The notes under the pieces were generated by a model that worked only from the letters and a program-made list of their open reading frames with translations, was not told the origin of the DNA and searched no databases. Position numbers and translations under genes: made by a program. A DNA stretch of 64,000 nucleotides from Lama glama. Taxonomy: Eukaryota. The stretch is from assembly GCA_028534125.1 (NCBI GenBank), contig CM052817.1:58592001-58656000 (forward strand), read 5' to 3'. Shown piece by piece: positions 1 through 12,845 of this stretch (position 1 is its first letter; each line of letters begins with the position of its first letter).

Positions 1-539
1 ATTCTCTCCATTCCCTAGATTTGACATTTATTGAGCTCATAATCCTAAGGTTATGTATTTCTGTTGTTAACAGACCTAATAATTTTGAGTCGTCTTGCAA
101 TCCTGGAATAAAAGCCACTTGGAACATTGGTTAGTTTTCATAGAAGGGATTTTATTATGGGATATTTGACAATTTGCAAAATCTTGTGGAAGGTCAGCAA
201 ATGATGATCAGTTAGATAAGGACAAAATACCGTTAGAGAATCCTGAGTGGCAGGGATAAGCTATGCTGCCAGGCTGAGAGCAAGAAAGTGAAAAGGGATG
301 GGGATATGGGGTTTTCAGAATTTAATATGTAGGGGTTTTGTTTGTTTGTTTGTTTTGGAAGAATGAGAAGTTGGGAATTGGTGGTGGGTGGTTAGTTTCA
401 GGTATTTGTGTTTAGAGAAAATGAGGTTGTCTGAGAAGGGTAAGACAAGGTGATGAAGACATTTATCTTGTCATCCTAAACTTTCTTTTCCTCATTTTGC
501 AGTTGAATACATTATTTTGTTTTTTTAAAATTCTATCAT

Positions 540-781
540 TTTATTGTTTTTACCTCGTGACCCCTTCACCATTTCTCCCACCCCCTCACTTCTGGCAACC
601 ACCAACCTGTTCTCTGTATCAATAAGGTTTTTTTTTTTAAATTAGCTTTAAGATGCAAGACAGATCATATGGTCTTTGTCTTTCTTTGTCTGACTTATTT
701 CACTTAGCATAATGTCATGTTACAAATGGCAAAGCTTTATTCTTTTTATAGATGAATAATATTCCATTGTGTGTGTGTGTA

Positions 782-862
<81 letters not shown>

Positions 863-1308
863 ACATTTTTGTCCATATCCATCGCTGAACACCTGGGTAG
901 TTTCCATATATTGGCTATTGTAAATAGTGCTGCATTGAATATGAGGGTGCATATATCATTTTGGATTAGTGTTTTCTTTTTATGCTCTTTTTTTGATAAA
1001 TACCCAGAAGTGAAACTGATGAATTATATGGTAGTTCTATTTTTTTATTTTTTGAGGAATCCCCATACTGTTTTCCATAGTAGATGCACCAATTTACATT
1101 CCTACCAACAGTGCATGAAGTCTACCTTTTCCCCATATCCCTGCCAACACTTATTTCTTGCCTTTTTGATGCTAGCCATTCTAACAGGTATGAAGTGATA
1201 TCCCCTTATTGTTTTGATTTGCATTTCCCTGATGATTAGTGATGTTGAGCATCTTTTCATGTACCTGTCGGCCATCTGTGTATCTTCTTTGGAAAAATTG
1301 TCTATTTG
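540..1308 (-). mobile_element. LINE-1 3' end (3'UTR plus ORF2 C-terminal remnant)
   Basis: Antisense L1 hallmarks: ctggcaaccaccaacctgttctctg, gtctgacttatttcacttagcataatg, ccaatttacattcctaccaacagtgca, gatgattagtgatgttgagcatctttt. Confidence 0.85.
768..858. repeat. Compound (TG)n(TA)n microsatellite inside the L1 3'UTR
   Basis: About 11 TG units then about 34 TA units with single interruptions, read directly. Confidence 0.95.
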
Positions 1309-3134
1309 TCTTAATTTAACTACCTGTTTTCAGTAAGGTAAGCCCTCCCCCACATTTGCCTGGTTCTTAATTTATCTAATTTTCTTTCTGAAGAGAATAA
1401 ACTTCTAGCTTCTGCTGAGGATGGGAGAAGTTGCCCAGCTGCATGGAATTTTTTCAGCCAGTCCTCTGGTTGTCAGCTCTATTTTTCTTCCCACTTTCAT
1501 AGGTGTATAGCTTTTCCAAGATCCCACAGTAAAAGTAGGGTTGTTTGGGGATAGAGAGGCGCATTGCTGGCTCACATTTCAGATTTCTGGTGTTTCTCTG
1601 CTTTCCAGTTTCCTTTTCCAGCTGTTGGCTACTCTCAAAATGCTTAGATTTTACAATGGACTTTTTATCTTAAATATACCTTTTTTTCTACCTTATGTTT
1701 AAAGACAGTATATATACTTATATAATATGGAGTTTTTATGTTTATTTTTTATAGAATTTGAAGAATGTTAAAACCAAGCTGAATACACTATGGTTGTACA
1801 ATATATCAAGCAATAAATATTCAATTTTGTATGAATATTGGTAAAGGATAGGAGGCAATATTTACTTAGTCTGACAGGACCAAATATAACAGTTGGCATT
1901 ATGAACTTTGCTTTAGCTTTTTTTCTTTCCTTGTCACACAGACTATATTTATTAAGGTTTAAGAAGAAAGTCAGTTAAAGAATTTGGAATTGTCTTCTCT
2001 TTGAAATATGTCTTAATAAAGCCATTGTCTATTAGGAAAGCATCCAAACTTCATGAATAATCATTTCTATATTATGGGAAATATGCTGGAACTAACATGT
2101 TTTAATTCTGCTTAATTTGGTGCATGCAACGATTTGATAAAAGCTTCAGTGAAGTTCTGCAAAAATTAGTGCATAAACTCATATGTATGTATGGAAAGAT
2201 TCGTATGTAGTTCAAAATTATTTCTAAGAGATGAGTATAAAGTACACTATAAAAAAGGGAGACAAAGTTCCATAAGCCACATGGTTTAATGTCATTTTGC
2301 AGTCTTATGAGTTAGTTTTAAAGTGTTAGTCACAAATACAGAATGAGATTTATTAATGTACACAAAGTTCTGTTTTCAGTGTATTCATGTTGTATAATTA
2401 GGTTATTAGCTACATAATTTAATACATTTTTATGTGGTAAAAACATTTTAACTGTTAGCAGCTGCCTCTAAAATAGCTTCACACTTACTCAGATTTAAAT
2501 TACCTATTGACTTGAGTAAGTAATTATAATTTTGTCCTAACACTATGTAACATATGGTGTTTACATTCTTCTCAAGAGCTCCTTGAGGGAGAAAAAAATA
2601 CAGAAACATCAATATAAAGAGTGATTTAAAGAACCAATGAAATATATGTACAAAGATTTATGGTAGTTAATAGGGTATTAAATAGTTGTTAAAGTATTTG
2701 AATTTGTCTTATTGGATTATTGGGTTATGAGATTGTATTTTTAATTGTTTGCTAGGTGTTAGCATCTTTACATAACATTCATTTTGCATAATCTGTTTTG
2801 TAAATTGAAGTTTATTTGTTTATTATTATCATAGAGTTCATGTTAGTGGTGTGTTCCTCTTTCAGAACAAAACATTGTTTTATGTCTGTGTTTATATTTG
2901 AGACTTTAACATATGAGGCAGTTAACCCAGTATTTTTTCAGTGAAAAAGTATAAGACATAAAATTAGTTGTAAGATAACATTAAAAGTTAAAAACAAAGT
3001 CAAAATTCTAGTATATTTAAGTGTGTTTTAAAATGGGCCATGTTCCAAATGTTTGCTCAGAAGTTGTCTGTTTAGAATGTTGATCCTGTTAAACCACAAA
3101 GCATCTTTAAATCTAGGCTTATCTAAAAAAGGAT

Positions 3135-3370
3135 AACTATAGTAAAAGCTTTAATTTCTTGAGCACCTCAGATGGGTTAGACAGACTTCTAGGTGTTCCA
3201 CATAGATTTTTCTCTGGAAAAACTCTGTAAATTAGACCAGGTGTCTTTAACCCCATTTTCCATAAGAAGAAGCTGAAACTACAGTCTTTAATATTCCTAA
3301 TATTTCTCTAATAAATGGAAGAGCCAGAATGATTTCAAAACCCATTATTTAAACTACTATGCCATACTAC
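3135..3370 (-). mobile_element. MIR SINE, diverged
   Basis: ccccattttccataagaagaagctgaaac resembles the reverse-complemented MIR core; ends aactactatgccatact. Confidence 0.55.
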
Positions 3371-3909
3371 AAATTGTACCTTGAACTATACATAATTGTC
3401 TGTCTAATTCTGTGTCATTTGTATTAATTGGATGAAGACAGGGACTAGATCAGAGGACCTTTTATGACCACTCAAAGGATGTTTTCACTAGATAATCAGT
3501 ATCACAGAAGAGCATATTATCATGATTGTTATTAACAAAACAATGATAAGTACTTAAAAATAAATCTAATAGTATAGTTCTTTTTTCAACTGCAGTTAAC
3601 TCCTCCGTTTCTGTGGAATAATTCATCACACAATTTACTTTGGGATTTAAGAAGCATACTATCTTCTGAATTCACAGAAGCTACTCTTTCCTCCGTAACC
3701 TTATCTAGATTGCTTCTAAGAGTTTAGATAAATGGAGGCTTAAAGTAATGTATTAATCTCTGTTTAAATCATCATAGATAATATTTACAATTAAAAAAAT
3801 ATGATACTCTAATTTCTAGTGATTCATTTTAAGCATTAGGGGCAGTTTTATCGTGGGGAGTGAAAGTTCTGAAGTCTAATTTCAAGTGATATTAACAAAT
3901 TTGTAAATA

Positions 3910-5090
3910 CTGAATCGTCCTGGATCCCAGTCCTCCTCCTTACAGTCTTTTCTCTTCTCCACATACATTCCCTCCCTGATTGATCTCATACTATCTATGA
4001 CCTGATACCTCACAACTATCAACTCCATCCCAGACTTCCGAGCTTCAGACTCAGATACACAAATGCCTACTCAGTATCTCCAGTGGGATATTTATTAGGA
4101 ATCTCCAGATTGACAAAACCATTTAAAAATTTTGTTTCTTATCATGTAATACCCTCATCACTGTCCTAAATCTATTTCTCTTTGAGTCTCCAAATCCCCC
4201 TCCCAATTGCAGTAAATGATTTTGTTGACTCCTTCATTGCTTAGTCCAAAAAGAAAAGAAAAATACTAGAATTTTATTTTTGATTCTTCTTTTTCCTTCT
4301 TATATCCATTCCATCCACCAGGAACTAGAGCTCTGCCTTGAATATATATAAGTATATTCCAAATCTGTCCATTTCTTCTACTTACACGACCACTGCCACC
4401 ACCACCATCATCATCATCTCATCTCTTATCCAGACCATTGCAATGGTTTCTTACAGGCCTTCCTGTTTCCACTCTTGTCCCCTCTATAATCTATTTTTCA
4501 CAAGGAGCCAGAATTTTCTTTATAAAAGATATGTTGTATTGTGTCATCCCCCTACTTAAACTACTCCAAAGGCATCCCATCAAACACAAGGTTAAAATGA
4601 AACTACTTGCTTTCAAACCATGGTGGCTTTTCCCACCTCGTCTATGATTTCTCTTGCATGTTTTTCTAGCTTTGGCCATGTTGACCTTAATGTTGTTTCT
4701 TAAATACAGCAAGCTGTCTCCTTCAGGACAGTTGTCCTAACTTTTCTTTTGTCTCCATTCTTCATTCTCAAGATTACCATATGTCTCATTCCATCACAGC
4801 ATTTAGGAATCTATACCTATATTGCCTCATCCGAAGAGCCTTCCCCGACTGCTTTGTCTAAAATAGCTGTCATATTCCAGCTCTTTTTCTGATTTATTTT
4901 ACTTCATAGCACTTACTATTTTTCAAAGTACAAAACCTTTGTCATCAGGCATGAAATTGTATTGTATTTAAAAGCAGTTTTGCTCAGTGGAATAGAAGGT
5001 CTGCACAGGCAGGGACTTACCAACGTTTTCCCAGCTCATGCAGCGATGACTGGCACAGAATGCCTATTTGATAAATATTTGTTAAATAGA
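3910..5090 (+). mobile_element. LINE-2 3' portion
   Basis: Pyrimidine-rich L2 body (cttcagactcagatacacaaatgcctactcagtatctcc) and an L2-like terminus ctggcacagaatgcctatttgataaatatttgttaaat. Confidence 0.7.
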
Positions 5091-5277
5091 AAAGGTATTG
5101 TTATTTCATAGTATGTTATATTTTAACACATTTCTATGTCTATGACGCACTCATCTACCTAATTGTATACACGTGTATGTACATATGTTATTCAGTGATA
5201 AGGATTTATTATCATTGTTTATGTTAATAAAAATCATGACAATGTGCTCTGATACTGAATTATCTAAACCAAACCTC

Positions 5278-5762
5278 TATTGACTGGAAAAAAAAACAAA
5301 CCCCACAACATGAGAGTTGTGAGTTATGTTTTATTTTGAGAAAAATGAGCCCGGGAGACAACCTCTCAGATAGCTCTGAGAAACTGCTCTGAAAAGGTGC
5401 AGGGGGCGGGACTCAGTATATGTGTGGTTTTGCTGAAGGAGGGTATGTGCAGTCAAGCACACATTTTCGCAGAAGGTTGCTGCTAGTCATGAGAAAGTTG
5501 ATGTTAGTCATGAGAAGAAGATGTCTTTGTTAATAATTTTAGTGCTTTTCTAGATATGACAAGATGCAAGAATTTGGGCCCATAAAATCTTCCCCTGAAG
5601 CTATCTAACTACGTGAAGGCCTGTTCTGCCAGTTTTCCCAGAACACAGGGTACCTCACTCCTGATCTCCACCCTGAATTCCTTTCAGGGCATGTAGGAGG
5701 TCAGCGACTGCAGGGGCTGGTGACTTAATCTTGTAGAGGCAAGTGACAATTTTTAGCTGGCA
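5278..5762 (-). mobile_element. ERV1 solo LTR, MER41-like
   Basis: 4-bp TSD CCTC at 5274-5277 and 5763-5766; ends TA(degenerate TG)...CA; gcccgggagacaacctctcagatagctctgagaaactgctc is typical of MER41-family LTRs. Confidence 0.8.
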
Positions 5763-6059
5763 CCTCCTTTGAATGATCATAAATTTAATCTGGTCCTGGT
5801 TGGTTTTCATCCAATTAATACGGGTGACCTAGAATTAGTCAAATAATTGTGTATAGCTGAAGGTAAAACCTTTTCTAAAAAAAGAGAGTTGAGTTTTTTG
5901 ATTTGAAGTAACTCATTGTTGTAAAGTCATTTAATACTCTCTCACATATCCCTTCTTTCCATTAACTGCATCTAATCTTTTTCTGACGTGAAAATCTTGG
6001 TAGCATTCTTGGTACCTTGTTTTCATTAGAAATTGTGTTCAGCTACAAAAATAAAACAT

Positions 6060-6515
6060 AAACAGAAAACAGAAAATAACAGTAATTTAACACCAATCAT
6101 GTTTATTCTTCTGCGTAAAATAGTTCTGGAGGTAGCAGCCCAGACATTTCCAGGGCTACTCCTGGAAATTGGATGGGACGCTGACTCCTGTTATTGTTCT
6201 GTTCTGTCTCCAGCTTCTATAATAAAGGCCACTTCAGTCTGGTGGAATTCTTGTTTTAAAGCAAAATTCCAGGTAGTAGTAGGGAGGAATTGGGGAAGGA
6301 GCAGAGAGACATACTCATCATGTGAGTTGTTTCATGTGAGGAGCCGCTTTGGAAACACCACGCAACACTTTCGCTTATGTGTCATTGGCCAGACCTCACA
6401 GCAAAGAAGACTGGAAAAGTATGCTCCTTTAATATATACATTGCTATTTGAAATATCATCAGGGTTGTTTTACTAGGAAGAAGGGGGAGTGGATACTGAC
6501 AGATGAATAACAGAA
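6060..6515 (-). mobile_element. Old MaLR/ERVL LTR (MLT1J/K-like), diverged
   Basis: cgcttatgtgtcattggccaga and gggttgttttactaggaagaagggggagtggatact resemble reversed old MLT1 LTRs. Confidence 0.45.
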
Positions 6516-8059
6516 TATTTCAAATACATTTCTGAGTTTCTTATAGAACTTTTTCTACCATTGACACAGCGATTAACTCATTTTTTTCCATGTCTTTCTA
6601 TACACTCCACCCCCATATATCACATTATTGTGCCCTCTCTGTAATTTGCATTCCCATCTAGCAGTGTATTTTACACAATAGTTAGTCAGTAAATACTTTG
6701 TAAATTTGGATTCAAATGTCTCAAACCTACTAGCTTGATTCCATTAGCACCTTATTCTGGCAGATGCTAAAAAGCTGGAGAAGCCTTGTCTTCTTGTGTT
6801 GACAGCATTTCTGCAGATATTTTAAAAACAAGAAAAATGAACACAATCTGTTTTTACGGTATTATCACATAAATGGCTAATTTGCCAACTTACATTTGAA
6901 AGAAAACCCAACTGAGGTATCAACACAATTTAAAAGAGTACTATTAGCAATGCAAACACTGTTAACTGTGATTTGTATTAAATAAAACAAACAAAAACTT
7001 GATCCTCCTAATGTAATTTGTGAGTAAAATGGCTATCAGTTAAACACAGAGAAAAAAATCAAATAATACTTGCTCTCTTGACTAAATTATATGCAGTGTG
7101 GAACTTAACATTTCTAAAATATGTATTCTCATTTGACTCAGAATATATTCTGATTTTACCTAAAAACCAAGTTTAAAAATACATAAGAAATTATTTAATA
7201 TGAAAATATTTAATATTTAATTTCAAATGCCAAATTCCAATTCCAGATCATCTCCTGATTTGTATAACTTGTAATGATTTCATTAATACAACATTTGTCT
7301 CTATATTCAACTCCTATACGTAGAAATACAAGCAACTCTTCAAGGTTTCAAGGCATGATTCTTGAAGAATAACATGCATCAAAATAATCAATTTAAATTT
7401 TTGAAATGATCTTAGCTACTATGGTCTTTTTTAGTGTCTAAGTTTCTGAACAATACAGATTTTTTTATGACATTACTATGTAATACGTCCAGTTATTACT
7501 GACAGCTTTATGTCATCTGCCAAATATCCTCTGTTTAAAATTCTGAGGTACTTATGATACACACATGAATTTTCTTATAATTTTTACAAGAATTGAAAAA
7601 CTTTGCAAATTAATTATATTCCCAGTTCTCATGTCAAAGTTTGAGCTGCTAGAGGACAAGGACCACATATATATGTTTATATCCTCCAAAATACCTAGCA
7701 ACATTCCTTTCATATTTTAAATTTTCATTAAGTACTTATTGAATAAAAGTACTTCTTAAGTTTCACTAAGTGCTTCCTGAAAGTATAGTAGAATGTCAGG
7801 TTAAAGTGATAAAATGAGGAACACAGAGGATGCTTTAATATATTTTTCCACTGATATGAATATATTATTTAAACTAAAAATAAATTTATGAAGACTCAAA
7901 TTTAAACCCAGATTAAAACTTTAAGTAATTTGAAGGTAACCTTTTTTCTCTTCTTATCATAAAAAAAAATCTTTTTTCTTTTATATAGAGATTTATCTTG
8001 GTTTGTTAGTATTTTTGTCCCCCTTTGAAAGTGGGATTGGTGAAAAATAATAAAACCCT

Positions 8060-8400
8060 TGTTCTAGGTAGTGTTCCAGAGTCTTGGCCACTCGATTCAT
8101 GGAACCAAGGGAGCAGAAAACTGCCAGATTAAAAGTGAGCAAAGAACTCACATTAAGGGAACTAGTTGCAAGGGTATAGCTCAAGTGGTAAGAGCACATG
8201 CTTGACATGCACGAGGTCCCAGGTTTAATCCTCCAAATGGAAATAAATGAATAAACCCAATTATCACCCTCTCATAACACAAACAAAACAAGCCAAAAGA
8301 CAAGGGAACTAGTTGCAAGGGGGACTCTAGGCACACAGGCCAGGGACTAGCTGTTGGATGTCTGTTTCAGTTTTAACAGTGCTGAGCTAAGCCAGGGAGA
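8060..8400 (-). mobile_element. Probable ERV-type LTR fragment hosting a SINE insertion
   Basis: Begins TGTTCTAGG with an abrupt GC shift and continues seamlessly after the SINE TSD; no LTR TSD found. Confidence 0.35.
8171..8301 (+). mobile_element. tRNA-derived SINE, camelid Vic-1 type
   Basis: agggtatagctcaagtggtaagagcacatgcttgacatgcacgaggtcccagg with A-box TAGCTCAAGTGG, degenerate B-box GGTTTAATCC and A-rich tail; perfect TSD AAGGGAACTAGTTGCA at 8155-8170 and 8302-8317, preceded by TT. Confidence 0.9.
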
Positions 8401-8930
8401 GCATTAAAGAGGCTATATGGAGTTTTTCCTTCGAAATTTTGATACTTCCTTCTACATTTAAATGAAAGTTGTATAAAGCGCAAAGTAGGCAAAGCTCAAA
8501 GTGGGAAGGAAGACTACTGAGTCTGCGATAGCCCCTATTTGTTATATCAAGAACCAGCCCCTTTTTCTCCCATCAAGGGAAAAGAACTGAATTATATTTT
8601 CGTAGTTGAAAAAATAGAGATGTAAAATGGAGAAGAATTTTTCGTGCTTTTTATCTTTCATATGCCAATGGGGAAATTGCTTACTAATTTAAAATATATG
8701 TATCATAGAATAAAAAACATGAAACTTTTATATTAGGGAAAAAATAAAACGGTTATCATCCAATATACAAATACTTAAATGCACTGATAAGTGATGTGAT
8801 AATTTCTCAAAAAATCCAAATAGATTGAATTCCATAAATACAATTTAGATAGCAGTTATGAAATCTACTGTGCACCCTATACTTAATTTTACTAATTCCT
8901 ACAATAAATGATTTTAACTATTTATGATGC

Positions 8931-9391
8931 TATGAGAGACAATAAATATTCCTTTCCTTTGCTTGTCTAAGCTCTTGACTAGAATCCCTGTATCAGACAG
9001 ATTAAAGAGATATAAATTTATATATAAAGCACATAAATTTAAGCTAAGCTTTACATGACATAGGCCTCCATAAGAAAATGAAGACACAAATAAATAATTA
9101 AAACCAAATGTTTTTAGACTAGGTTTGATAAAGAATGGAAAGCTGTGATATGATAGGACAGAGTCTGAGGTGAGTGTAGTAAATTGGAGGAAACTGAGCA
9201 ATCCTGCTTGTGTCTGGGTCTCTTTTCTTCAGAGGTAAGGATGCTCTTTTCCCCAGGTATAGGGAGGGCATCTCTCACAGGAACCTTCTTCAAAGGAAGT
9301 TCAGAAAGCCCTTCCTGCACATGCCTTTCTCAAATTCTTCAATTTGTGCCAGTGTGTCATATTTGAGAGTGGCGTGTCCTGAATCCCATCA
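8931..9391 (-). mobile_element. ERV1 solo LTR, MER34-like
   Basis: 4-bp TSD ATGC at 8927-8930 and 9392-9395; the minus strand begins TGATGGGATTCAGGACACGCCACTCTCAAATATG, as in MER34/MER39-family LTRs. Confidence 0.8.
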
Positions 9392-9789
9392 ATGCCAAAC
9401 CAAACATGTATTTTTTAGTGTGTGCTTTCCAACGTGTGCTCAATGATTTTACATCATTATGTTCAAGTCAACGGATATATATACTTGGCCTTTTTAACCA
9501 CAGAGTGTTGTGTCAGGTCCTGTAAAGGATGCTAAAGTGAGGAAGATATAGTGTATTGAATAAGAAAATAATACAAAAATACTATAATAGTTTGACTAAG
9601 ATAGTGAATTGAAAGAAGTTTTGTCTCATGGTAATGGCTGAGGAGGATAAACTGGGGGGAGAGGGGACTTACTAACATTTCAGACTATGATATCTGAATT
9701 TTTTTCCCATTTCATCATGATCTTTTAGTACCAGTCTACATCCTCCCTCCTTTCTCTTTCTTTTAAATCCTTTTTTTTTCTCCTCTGTT

Positions 9790-10135
9790 AGAACAACTTG
9801 TACCTCCTCGTAAGTCATCTGTATGATCAAGGATTAGTCATCCTTAAGTCAAAGATCCACTGTCAATATTTTTTGCTAATATTTCCAGACACCAACGCTT
9901 CCCCCAAAGAGTGCTCTGTATCTTTCTTCTGTGCTTTTCCTCTGTACCTCTCAAAACAAGCTCAATTATAGTACCTATGAGAGTGCAGTGGAATAATTTC
10001 TTATGTTTTTCCATTAGACTGTAATTGATCTGATGATAACTATGATATCTTACTTATCTCAGAATCAGTTGTGCATAATGAATTGTCTACAGTGCCTAAT
10101 TTATAATAGACTTTCAGTAAATCTCACTGAATGGG
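9790..10135 (+). mobile_element. LINE-2 3' end fragment
   Basis: ccattagactgtaa...acagtgcctaatttataatagactttcagtaaatctcactgaatg resembles the L2 terminus. Confidence 0.5.
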
Positions 10136-12374
10136 AAGGATAACTAGAAAATTGCATTCAATGTTTTTAGGATGTTGGGTAATAGAAAAAGAAACTCAAG
10201 TTACTTTAGTAAAAGTGGGTTTATTATATAAATAAAACAAAGAATTAAGGAGGAAAATAATAATTTCAGAAAGAAAATAACCAGAACCAGGGGTTACTGG
10301 TAAATGCAGTTTCAAGCTACCAGGTCACTGAACTTGGAGTTTGGAAAGGATGCGCACAGTCAACTGTTGCAAACTGGTGCAAGGTGATTCCAACAGAGAA
10401 CTTCTGGCAAACTGGAAAATCATCACCGTCTAGTACTCACTGTTGTTCTCGTGGTCTGACATTGAACAGTCACCACATGGTCTGCCATGCTCTTTACTCT
10501 TCCTCTTCTGTGCTGCTTTTCCTTACCTGCTTTGTCTTCTCCACTACTGCCTAACTTCTCTCAATTTTTATTTGTTTCTAGCCCATGACTTCTGCTTAGG
10601 ATTGGCTTCTGTGGTCGTGTAATTCCCATCATGTCCTGTCTTCGCTGATGCTTGTATGCTTCTCTGATACCTAATACCTACTCTTCTACATACCTTTGGG
10701 ATGGTTGATATTCAAAATGTTGAGAGACATTTTTATTGATTTGGCAAGTTGCTATTTAGTATAAAATGCCAAAGTTAGTGCCCTCATGAACAGTCTCTTC
10801 TGATGCTTCTGCCAAGGTCAGCTTGAGGGCCAAGCTGCTCCTACCCCAGCATCACAGAAACACCTGATATAACAAAACAACACCTATAAATAAGGAACTT
10901 CTCAGAAACAGCTATTGGAATGGCAAGTTCTCTGATGTTTTACTTTGTATGTATAGCCTTTCTGTGAGAGAGGAACTTCAGGGTAGACTGTACCTTTATC
11001 AAGGACAGAGACGACCAGGTGCCGGAATTTACAAATTTCTATGATACTAGTGTTTTCATATGTACAAAATACTACTGAAATAATCTGGTTGCACAAAATA
11101 ATGAATTTGCCTATAAACTTGTTCTCATGGTTATAAATTGTAATTGCTTTTTCCTAAATGTCCACATACTACCTTTAAATTTAAGTCAAGCAGAAAACCT
11201 GAATTCATGAATTTCAGAAACATCTTGGAAAAGTGAAACTATGATCTATACATAAACATTATTAAGCCTATTAAATACTAAGCATTTCTAAATGTGTATA
11301 TATCTTATATAAATATGTATTTAATTGTATGTACATATAAATGTATTAAGTGTATATATACACAAAAGTGAATTAAATGTGTATGTATATATGTATATTT
11401 CTATTCAGAAATAGAAAATCTGTGTCTTTATACACAAACAGATTTAATTCTTTTCAACATTCTCCTTACCACCACTATACATACACCACAAATGTGTATT
11501 AGTAAAAAAGCAATGATGAATTGACCAAGAGCAAACTTAGCTGATTTCACAAATTTAAAAAAAGGTCAGCAGTTTAAGTTAAAGAAAAGTACACTTAAAT
11601 GTTTAAAATAGCTGTATAGGACTACTTAAATGTCATAATATGAATTTTCTTTAAGATTATTATGTTCTAATATTATAAAAGATTATAAATGAAGTATAAA
11701 TAGTTCACTTATAAGAGACCTTATAAATATGGATTTGTTTAGTCTTACTATGAGGATAATGTACCAAGCTAAAGTGGTCTTTCAAGCAATAATTATTGGC
11801 TATTTAGAATAAGACATGCTGATGTATAGTGAATAAATTAGTAAATGAAGTAATATAGGCTGCTTTTTGGGTGGAAAAGTGACTGTAATTTTAACCAGAA
11901 AACTACTTAAAAATATACTCAGGTTAAAATGTTATGCTCACTTACAATATGAATGCTGACTTTATGTTATTTCATTCTTTTTTTCACATATGACTTAAGG
12001 CTACTATTAATAAGATTTTTACCGTTAACATCTAGAAGGGGCAGATATGAGATCATATATATTTCCCTATCATATAAAATTGGCACTCTTCTTCAGTAAT
12101 TTGAATTGTTATCTTGTCATTCTGGATCTTTTACAACATTTATTATCATAGTTATCCAATTAATATATTGTTATCTATTGACATTTGAAAAAATGACTAA
12201 AAGTAAACTTGATAATACTGTTTCTAATTCATTTAAGACAATGAACAAGTACTTTGACTTATTATTGGCAAACTATTGATAATAGCCAATTAGTAAAAAA
12301 AACTAGCAGACTTTCAATTTAAGAAAAAATTACAGTTTAAACAAATAGAAATGTTCTATCCCTTTAAGGAACAG

Positions 12375-12845
12375 AATGTTCTTGTGAATAAAAAGACAGG
12401 GTTTTAGAAATAGATCTAGGTTGAATCCTTGCTCTATTTCTTGTTTTGCGCCTACAGATAAATTTGTTTATATATTCACTCACTTATGAAGGAGTTCTAT
12501 GCCTGAGGATATAAAATTAATAAGTCAGACAAGATCTCTGTCCTCATGAAACCTTCCGTTTTCATGAATACAAACAGTAAACAAATACTCATAGTGTGAA
12601 GTATAGAGAACTTCAGGAGTAAAGAGCAGAGGGTGCTTAATCTGTTTTCAGAATCAGAAAGCCCTGAAGAAAGTGGTTAAGCTGACATTGAAGGAACAAT
12701 AAGAATTAGCTGCATGAATCCGAATATGTGAAATGACCAATAACAACATCTAGTTTATAAGGCTCTGTAAATTAAGTTTAAATGACACATGTAAAGTTCC
12801 CAGCACAGTTCCCTGTCACGTGGTAGTTGCTCTGTTGTTACTGAC
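12375..12845. mobile_element. MIR (+) split by an antisense L2 3' fragment (~12470-12720)
   Basis: MIR 5' part (gatctaggttgaatccttgctct), reversed L2 end (gacaagatctctgtcctcatgaaacctt), then MIR 3' part (tttaaatgacacatgtaaagttcccagcacagttccctgtcacgtggtag). Confidence 0.45.

Noticed and set aside
746..1198. ORFs 752..1198 (+) and 746..952 (-)
   Set aside because: Read-through of a microsatellite and an L1 3' end; not genes.
6033..6476. 147-aa ORF
   Set aside because: Non-ATG start, overlaps an old LTR, no recognisable domain or splice signals.
7138..7153. 16-bp perfect palindrome TCAGAATATATTCTGA
   Set aside because: One or two 8-bp-arm palindromes are expected by chance in 64 kb of AT-rich DNA.
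8171..8235. tRNA-like sequence (also at 45489-45565)
   Set aside because: Degenerate B-box, SINE body, A-rich tail and TSDs show these are SINE heads, not tRNA genes.
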